This document shows positions 56,315-64,000 of a DNA stretch of 64,000 nt, piece after piece. Below the pieces are notes generated by a model. It had not been told where the DNA came from, searched no databases, and worked only from the letters and a program-made list of their open reading frames with translations. Location of the stretch: positions 4,216,001-4,280,000 of the forward strand of contig OX337230.1 of the NCBI GenBank assembly GCA_946965045.2, written 5' to 3'. Position 1 is the stretch's first letter; the number at the start of each line of letters is the position of its first letter. The translations under genes were made by a program, and so were the position numbers. The stretch comes from Epithemia pelagica. Its lineage: Eukaryota > Protista > Bacillariophyta.

Positions 56315-58496
56315 TTATCCCACAACAAAGGGATTGATTTCATCAAAGCCGACATTGATTCGGAGGGGTTTCGAGGTTTCTCCCGACGACGTTTGAATGG
56401 CCGTGACATGATCCATGCCGTCAATTTCAAAGGGATTGTATTCCAAGTATTCGCCCGCCTTGGTTTCCTCATCACCATTGCCATGATTGGCGTGAATGTA
56501 GGCCGTGGGAATCTTGTGTTCGTACAAAAATTGACCCAAACCCAAATAAAAGGGATCATTTTGGCGAAGTTCCGGTTTGCCATTGCCCAAAATGACCATG
56601 GCCCGAATGTCGGTGCGGAAATATTCAAAGTTGTTTTTAATCCCTGTACCGTACAAACGAAATTCAAATCATTGGTGTGTGTGAGAGAGAGCGGCAATCG
56701 TTTCCAAATCGGTACGGGCCGCAACGCGTAACACAGTGTGTGTACTTACATTCGACATTTTTGTGATTGCGACTATTCAATTCACTCAAATCTTCAATGC
56801 GTCCATTGGTTTCATGAATGCCGACAAACAAGACACTCTTGTGGACGAGGGCAAAATTTTCCTTTAACCGATCGTACCGTAACACTTGAAAGTCGTGGGG
56901 AAAGTGGCGTTCAAATTGCAAAAAGGTGCGTTCCCAATTGGACCAGGCTGCTTCTTGATTGGGACAATTCATCCAATCGTCTTCGCCGGGCACGACAAAG
57001 ACGGGGAGGGGCGATTGTTGCAACAAATTGGATACCTTGGTGTATTGCGACAAGGGACAGGCCGTTTGATCCGCGTCTTGAATGTCGCCCAAATGGACCA
57101 AAAAGCTCGCCACCGAACTCAGCGATTTCAAATCTTGGACCCAGGAACCTTCTCGACCCGTGGTCAAAGGGACATCGGATGTGACATAAAAGGTGACACT
57201 GGGATCTTCGGGAGCATCGGACACGACACCGGGACCTTGCGAAACGGTCGATTCCGACGTATTGCCATTGTCATTCTTGGAGTGTTTGGCCAAGAGGGCC
57301 ACGACGACAATCAAACAAAAGACGACACTTGCAATGGCGGCAAACAAGATGCGGCGATGACGGCGTTGTTGTTGAAATTGTTCTTGCCAACTTCGAGCCG
57401 GGGCCACGGCTTCTTCCACCTCTTCTTCGCGAGCAAAGGCGAGATTGGGTTCGGATTTCGGAGGCGTACTCGTGGCCAAGATTTGTTGTTGGCCAAACAC
57501 GTGCTTTTGCCGAAAGGAAAAGCCACTGCCAAAGACTTGAGGCGACCGCGTTTCCGAAGGACTGGAGGAAAACATGTTCAGGGCCGTGCGACGCGAATCC
57601 GACGACGATTCTTGATCCATGCGATCCAACAATTTGCGATTCGAATTGGAGGAAGACGAAACGGAGCCACCGGACAAGGCCAAGAGCGTGGTATCAATCG
57701 AATACCGGGACGACCAATTGTTCTTGCTGCCCGGTGCATCCCGAGTGGCCGAAGCAGCGGTCGCAGCGGCTTGTCGGGACGCGGCCGATCGATGTTCCAT
57801 GCGCGACACATCCAAGACACTAGTGTCGCCATATTCGTAATCTTCCTGGGTGGGCGCCACGGGTGCTTCGGTATCGGCATAGGGATCGTCTCGAAAGGGC
57901 CGAGCGACATTGGTGCGAGCCGTGGCGACACTCAATCCACTCACGGCCGACGGGGCCCGACGTTGTTTGGGTGGATCAGTCTTGGGAGTGGCGGCAAAGC
58001 CTCCGGTGGATGTGCGATAGACGGAATAGGTACTGTCCGCCAATTGATCGTCCGCCACTTCCAACATGCGCAAGGCTTCTTGACGAATCCGACGCGATTC
58101 CAAGCGACTCGGTGTACTACTGGGAGACGACGATTTACTGGTAGAAGGAGTTGTCGTTGTGGTGGTTGGAATGGGTCCCACGATATCCTCCTCCTCGTCG
58201 TCTTCGTCTTCAAAGCGCATCGTGGGAGATCGACGGGCCGAGGACAAACTGGAGGCTGCCACGGGGGGCGCAAGGACACTATTCGTAGTATTGTTTGGTG
58301 GTGGTGTGGCGTGTTGAATGGCTTGCAAAAACATGGAACTGGGAGGAGCCGAGGACGGAGGATGACCGGAACTCGAGGTTCGTCGCAACAAGTGGGGATT
58401 CGGATTCACGGACGTATCGCCCGTTTGCAAGACACGTTGCATAGCATCTCCCTCACGGGGACCCATGAGAGTTTCATCCCAGGCTTCTTCTTCCAT
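56315..58496 (-). CDS. Type II membrane protein with C-terminal calcineurin-like metallophosphoesterase domain; join(56750..58496,56315..56643)
   Basis: TM helix ILFAAIASVVFCLIVVVALLA, then FYVTSDVP, FLVHLGDIQD and VFVVPGEDDW. A phase-1 intron 56644-56749 (GTAAGT...ACAG) links to the 56315 ORF. Confidence 0.82.
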
Positions 58497-59285
58497 ACTG
58501 AACTAGGTAGGGTTGTTTGTTTTACGGTTGCTTTGCTTCTTCTTGTGGTTGTTGCTGTTGTGGAGCAGAGTCTTTTTGGTATAGACTCTCACACAATTGT
58601 CTTGTTGGTTGTTCTAGATTGAGATGGAAGTACCTAAAATTGAGTTTCCTACGACCAGCGATCCCACAGAACAAACAGAGAGGCGGAGAACAACCGACTC
58701 AACGTTCGTTCCAACGGTGGCAACAAGACCAACGGGTCGGCGCGATCGATATCAACTGGTATGGAATATGCCGTCGGTTAACGGATATCCAACCTCTGTT
58801 AGGCATTGTTCGTGAATTCGACACGACTCGTCGATTTTTGGGTGTTCCAGCGGGACTCGAAGCAGGAGGGACTCGACACGACGAGGTTCTCCTCTCCTAC
58901 TCTACTGAAGTAGGAGTAGCTCCTCTCCTACCTCTAGCTAGAGGTAGTTCACCTACCTCTAGGTAGCCATTAGTACAGAAGTACAAGGCCAACCATCATG
59001 GGCCGCAAGAACACACAAGACGGAGAACGAGCTCCAACAGAACATGCACTTGGCAAGTCTGTCTCTTCCTCTCTCTACAAGGAGAGCCGATTTCGAAACG
59101 CACACGTGTGGAGCAGAGGTATCGATTGTTCTGGGGGTGCCACACATTATTTCTTCTCTCCTCCAAATGTCATTCGTCCTTACCATCCACACAGCATGTC
59201 CCTTTGTTGGAACAGAGAGAGAGAGAGACTGAGAGCATGAAGTCCTTGTAGTACAGCTACTATTCTATAGAAAAGTACGAATTAT

Positions 59286-60299
59286 TCAATCATCTTTTCG
59301 TGTGGCAAATTCCAAGGCGACATCGTCGTCCATGGTATCATCGTTCAACAAGCCACGTCGTTCGGCCGTGGTACTCGTATTGGCCGAAGCAGCGGCGGTA
59401 CCACCCTGCTGGTGATTTGGTCGCGTCTTGGCATGAAATTGCGCCGCCAAGACTTGCAATCGACGACGGGCCGAATTGCCCAATTCACCCAAGGATTTGA
59501 TGATATCCAAATCCGGTGCCGGCTGCGACGACGAAGGTGGACGCGCCATGGAAATGCGATTCGTCGTACTGGATCGACCCGATCGTGCCGCCGTACCTCG
59601 AGTGTTGTTGGAACCTCGCGCCAAGTGCGCAAAATCCGGATTGCGACTAATTTCTTCACTAAACAAATTGTCTTGCCTGTCGTAGACAAGGATTGTACCA
59701 AACACACACACACACACACAAACATAGAAAAGGACAAGGCACAAACACACAGATTCCAAATGAGACCATGATGTGAGGTCCATTCCAGTAGAACTATCAT
59801 TCTCGACGACGACAACAACATCAACAACTCACAGCATTCGCGCCAAGGCTTCATCGCTTTGCAATTGGTCGGTACTGGTCGTAGTTGGCGCAGTACCAAT
59901 CCGCAAAAAGTCGGGTGGCAATTGCGTCGGTGTCCCTCGGTGTCCGGTTCGACTCACGGAACTTTGGGCGGCAGCCGCCGCGGCTGGAAGTGTCGACGAC
60001 GACGACGACGACGATCCACCACCCGCAGTGTTACTGCCCGGCACTCCTCGATTGCCCGTGGCCAATTGTCGGGCCAATTCGGCATCGGCATCAATGGTAT
60101 GAGCCGTGGGATCTTGACCAGAATTCAACTTGTCAATCAACACGGCAGGTGCCCGACTTCCATGGGACAAGATGAGATCCACGGTATTTTCCATGTGGCC
60201 CTGTTGATGCCGCAACACCGTGTCCAATTGCTCGCGACTCCATTGTTCGCCAAACATGCCTTCCAAGGTGGCCAAGGCTTCTTCGTACGATATTGACAT
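59286..60299 (-). CDS. CUE-domain (ubiquitin-binding) protein; join(59833..60299,59286..59676)
   Basis: EEALATLEGMF...REQLDTVLRHQQGHMENTVDLIL (CUE-like), LPPDFLR, DEALARML^QDNLF. Phase-2 intron 59677-59832 (GTGAGT...ACAG). Confidence 0.82.
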
Positions 60300-60900
60300 G
60301 GTGCTTGTAGTTGTAGTAGTAGTAGTTGTGGAATCAATGAAACAGAGAGAGTCGATCTCTTGCTATATAGATTCGAAGAAGGACAGAGAGAGAGGGTTTT
60401 GGATGAGAGAGACAGCAATGCGGCGAGGACACGCAGAACACGAGACGGTGTCGTGGTTGGTTCAATTCACGGCGCACACAAAATGGAAAGGAAAAAAGAG
60501 GCTAGCAATGCTAGCATCACCCCCAGTTTATATTCGATCCGTAGTTGCAGACGACCATGCCTACGCAAGGCTTGAAAAGAAGGACTCTCGAATCTATGAA
60601 TTGTCCAAGGTTTCGCAGCTAAGAATTATTAAGTTTTCGCAGCTGAGAATGATTATCATCGTGTTCTACTAGAAATAGCGCATGCTCCATTCTCCAAAGA
60701 TAATAATGTTGCGATAAAACCGTAGAGTGCTGACGTCGACAACAATAGCCTGTAATGTGCCTCCGGGAGTGAGGACGACTGTTTGATACTCTCCTATATT
60801 TTATATCGAGAGCAGTCAAGTGTCCAACCCAACCCATACCGAGTTAGATGTTTCCGGTTTCCGTCTCTGCACTCCTGTTGCTGTCTGTTCACCCTAACGC

Positions 60901-61549
60901 TTAGTCACACCCAATATCGCCTCCTCCACCACCGCCACATCCTCCTCCACCTCCACCAAAGTCTCCACCACCACATCCACCAAAGTCTCCACCACCACCA
61001 AAGTCTCCGATGATACTGATACTCATGGTCGTGGCAAGGGTCGTGATGATTGTCGGCAAATCTTTCATGGTCGTGACAAGGGTCGTGATGATTGTCGGCA
61101 AATCTTCTTGCTCCTCCTCCTCCTCCTCCTGCCATTGTCGTTGTCGTCGTCGATGTCATGGTGGTCGAAATGGCTTCCCGGCCATGCCGATGACGATGCA
61201 AGTATCCGAGGTGATGGAGGAGTTGGACTTCAGTCTTGGTTGGAGGATAAAAGGTTTGATCCCGACGCATTTGGTGGTGCCGGTTCAAGTACACTTGTTG
61301 GTAGAGTGTTAAATAGTGTTGATGGGCTTGTTGGATTTCGGCCTTGCGTCCGGCCACAATGTTTCGGTGCCGTTCTCGTTCTTGTTTCTGCGCAACTCGT
61401 TGCTCTTGCTTGGCCTGGAGGCGAGCTTGACGCTCCTCTTGCTTCCTGCTTCGTGTGCGTGGTTTGGGTCGTGGACGTGTGGTATCATCGTCGTGGTCCT
61501 TGTCGCTATTGGCGTTGGGGTGGTCGGTTGCTCGAGAAAACACTTTCAT
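60901..61549 (-). CDS. Hypothetical protein, probably ending in a Gly-rich tail in a different frame (frameshift or unannotated splice); contains a 42-bp tandem duplication
   Basis: The 61549 frame gives a basic/coiled N-terminus but an implausible W/R-rich end. The 61101 frame gives EEEEEEQEDLPTIITT...GDFGGGGDFGGCGGG...GCD*. A 42-bp unit is repeated at 61023-61106. Confidence 0.45.
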
Positions 61550-62097
61550 GATTGTGGTTCTGGTTTTTTGTGAGAGAGAAAGGAATTGCGGAACAGATCG
61601 TTCGCATCCGGAAGTGCAAGTCGCGGGGGAATCTCTTTGAAGGAAGGGGCCTTTCTGATATCCCCAGCGTGATTCGATGTATCGTTTTTATCAGTCCAAA
61701 TTGATTTCCTATGTAGTAATCTGGGGAGTCGAGAGTTTGGGGGAAGTCCACCAGAAAAATGCGAGCCCATCGATCCCAATAACATGAACACCGGAATACG
61801 AACCACCAACGTAATCGAAAAGACCAATAGCATCTACCTAGAATACTATAATAGCTCCTAGTTAGGAGTAGATAGATAGGAATGTGGTATGGACTTTTTA
61901 TTCGAGAGCGGCTTCCACCTTTGGAATATAGAACACGAGCTACAAAGCTCATATAGGCAGTAGGTGGTAGAACCAACGATTCGGGAGGGGAACCACACAC
62001 AGGCTGGAGAGGAGACCTCGTCTAGTATTCGTATATAGGTAGTCCCTTTCCGCCCACTTGCAAGACTCTCCCCCCTCCTCACCTATACACAAGAATA

Positions 62098-63403
62098 CTA
62101 CGAGGCTTGGGTCGTGGTCGGTGCCGCAGCAAAGGCGGGAATGCCGGTCATGGCGCGTCCCAAAATGAGACCATGGACATCTCGTGTGCCTTCGTAAGTA
62201 CTGACCGCTTCGAGATTCATCACGTGCCGAATGACGTGATAGTCATCACAAATGCCATTGGCCCCCAACATGTCCCGTGCCGTCCGACAACTGTTCAAGG
62301 CGGTCGTACACGTGTGCCGTTTCAAGAGGGATACCATTTCCGGTGACGCTTGGCCCTGTTCCATGAGTCGTCCCACACGGAGACAGGCTTGTTGTCCCAG
62401 AGCAATATCGGTCATCATGTCGGCCAGTTTGGTTTGAATCAATTGCGTCGCCGCCAAGGGGGCTCCAAATTGATGCCGATCCAGGGTATACTGTCGCGCG
62501 ATTTGCAAACAGGATTGGGCGGCGCCCAACACACCCCAGGAAATCCCATAGCGGGCATGATTCAAACAGGAAAAGGGTCCTCGAAGACCGTGTACCATCA
62601 AGGCCTGATTGGCCGGGACTCGGACATTTGTCAGAAAGATACTTCCCGTACACGAGGCTCGTAGAGCAAATTTGCCCTCGTGCACCGTGGTTTCCAAACC
62701 AGGCGTGTCGCGTTCCACCAAAAAGCCTCGAATGCGACCATCACCCTCGCCGCCGCCTTGTTGCTTGGCCCAAATCACAAACACGTCAGCAATGGGGGCA
62801 TGGGTAATCCAACACTTGCTCCCATTCAAGACAAAGGTTTGGGTACCGGCATCCCACACAGCCGTCGTTTCCATGGATCCCGGATCGGATCCATGATTGG
62901 GTTCCGTCAAGCCAAAACATCCCACGAGACGACCGGCGGCCAATTCCGGCAAGTACTTGAGCTTGACTTGTTCGGATGCGGCGTAGGCGTAAATGGGATA
63001 CATGACCAAACTGGATTGGACACTGACAGCCGATCGATAGGACGAATCGACGCGTTCGACTTCGGTCGTGACGAGTCCATAACTGACATGGCCGAGATTG
63101 GAGCCGCCATAGTGTGAGGGCAAGGTCGCACCAAGCAAGCCGACCGAGCCGAGTTGTTGCATGCCGTCGTGGTCCAGGGTGCGTTCGTGACGATTGGCCT
63201 GTTGAATCTGGGGCAACAAGTGCGATTGACAAAAGTCACGACAGGAATCTTGCACCAGGCGTTCTTCCTCGGTCAATTGGTGACGCAACAACAAGGGATC
63301 GTCCCAGGCAAAGGATCCTTGTCCACCAAAGGCATTGAACATTGGTGTGGCTGGCTCATTAGAGTGTGGTGGTGCTTTTTGGGGACTTGTATTGGAAGAA
63401 GAA

Positions 63404-63435
<32 letters not shown>

Positions 63436-63627
63436 ATCCGACTCGGAAGAAGAGGAGGATGCCTTTGTTGCAGAAAGGGAGGTGGACAGAGTTCTTGGTG
63501 AGCCAGGTTCGGAGAAGGGTCTGGTCCAAATCTTTTTGAGCACTTGAGGATACACAAAACTGCTCCGGCAGTTCTTGGATATTCTTGTTGCAGCAGCAAC
63601 AACGAAACGTTGTGTTGACAAGAGCAT
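62098..63627 (-). CDS. GCDH: Glutaryl-CoA dehydrogenase, mitochondrial
   Basis: FAWDDPLLL..QLTEEER, ERVDSSYRS..SVQSSLVM.PI, GCFGLTEPNHGSDP, NGSKCWITHAP, RDMLGANGI, NLEAVSTYEGTRDVHGLILGRAMTG. R/S-rich N-terminal transit-like peptide. Confidence 0.95.
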
Positions 63628-64000
63628 GGTGCAGACGCGTCAATCACACTCTCTCCCAAAACACAACAATCTCCAAACAATAATGATGAGAATAAGACAC
63701 AGCGACACCACCAATACAACGACGACGACACAACGGATGCCACTCGACGGCTCTCTCTCCAACAGAACACCGAAAACAATTCCAAAAAATGAGAACATCG
63801 CCAATGATGACCGAAGAGCGACCATGTCGTCAGTCGTCTTCCAGTCGCTGCATTTGGATCTTGGACGACACGCACTTTTTTCATCCTCAACCGAACCATC
63901 ACCCACTGTTCAGTTCTTTGGTGGAGACAGACCTTTGGACGGTTCGACTCCTCTCCACTGGAACTTGTGTGTCGTATATCTTTTCTACTTATATTCATTC

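Noticed and set aside
56886-58622. Long antisense ORFs (e.g. 56886-58622 +, 12780-13682 -, 21157-21930 +, 38916-39821 -, 25014-25880 -)
   Set aside because: They mirror well-supported genes on the opposite strand, have no recognisable motifs, and are expected from codon bias at this GC content.
60607-60654. Two 24-bp direct repeats (aaggtttcgcagctaagaattatt / aagttttcgcagctgagaatgatt), and other short repeats considered as CRISPR-like
   Set aside because: Only two adjacent units with no spacers in a eukaryotic context; an ordinary tandem duplication.
1-64000. tRNA, rRNA, snRNA genes, telomeric repeats, prokaryotic operons or defence systems
   Set aside because: None recognised by eye. The gene structure is spliceosomal-intron eukaryotic throughout. 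A covariance-model scan would be needed to exclude small ncRNAs.

Overview
Eukaryotic nuclear DNA, most likely from a pennate diatom (inference from GT-AG introns with GTACGT/GTAAGT donors, CAA/GT microsatellites, DUF6824, single-domain voltage-gated channels and an Ambal-type LINE). The window is unusually dynamic. (1) 1-~7850 is an apparently intact APE-RT-RNase H non-LTR retrotransposon. Its ORF2 (at least 1768 codons, minus strand, 5304->1) is missing from the supplied ORF track because it runs off the edge, and it overlaps the ORF1 stop as ATGA. (2) A ~5.3-kb inverted segmental duplication (~16682-22010 vs ~30120-35463) shows reciprocal gene death: the CDPK survives in one arm and the M50 peptidase in the other. 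(3) A complete 3142-bp PIF/Harbinger-type DNA transposon (35569-38710) has 29-bp TIRs, a CTG TSD, two divergent intron-containing genes, a central 223-bp palindrome, and an accessory protein that may carry an alpha-crystallin-like domain. (4) Three small intron-split genes share a UBAP1/UMA-like motif (CLQ...YDFxLE) and are candidate ESCRT-I fourth subunits; this is visible only after splicing. (5) Three HMIT-like sugar/inositol transporter paralogs. (6) Three adjacent single-domain voltage-gated cation channels with three different selectivity filters. Housekeeping genes include an SDR, calpain-7/PalB, ATG5, a CUE-domain protein, a metallophosphoesterase and glutaryl-CoA dehydrogenase. A Raptor WD40 remnant and a shuffled zone of decayed fragments (41.5-44.5 kb) are also present. 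All family calls come from motif recognition by eye; no database search was run.
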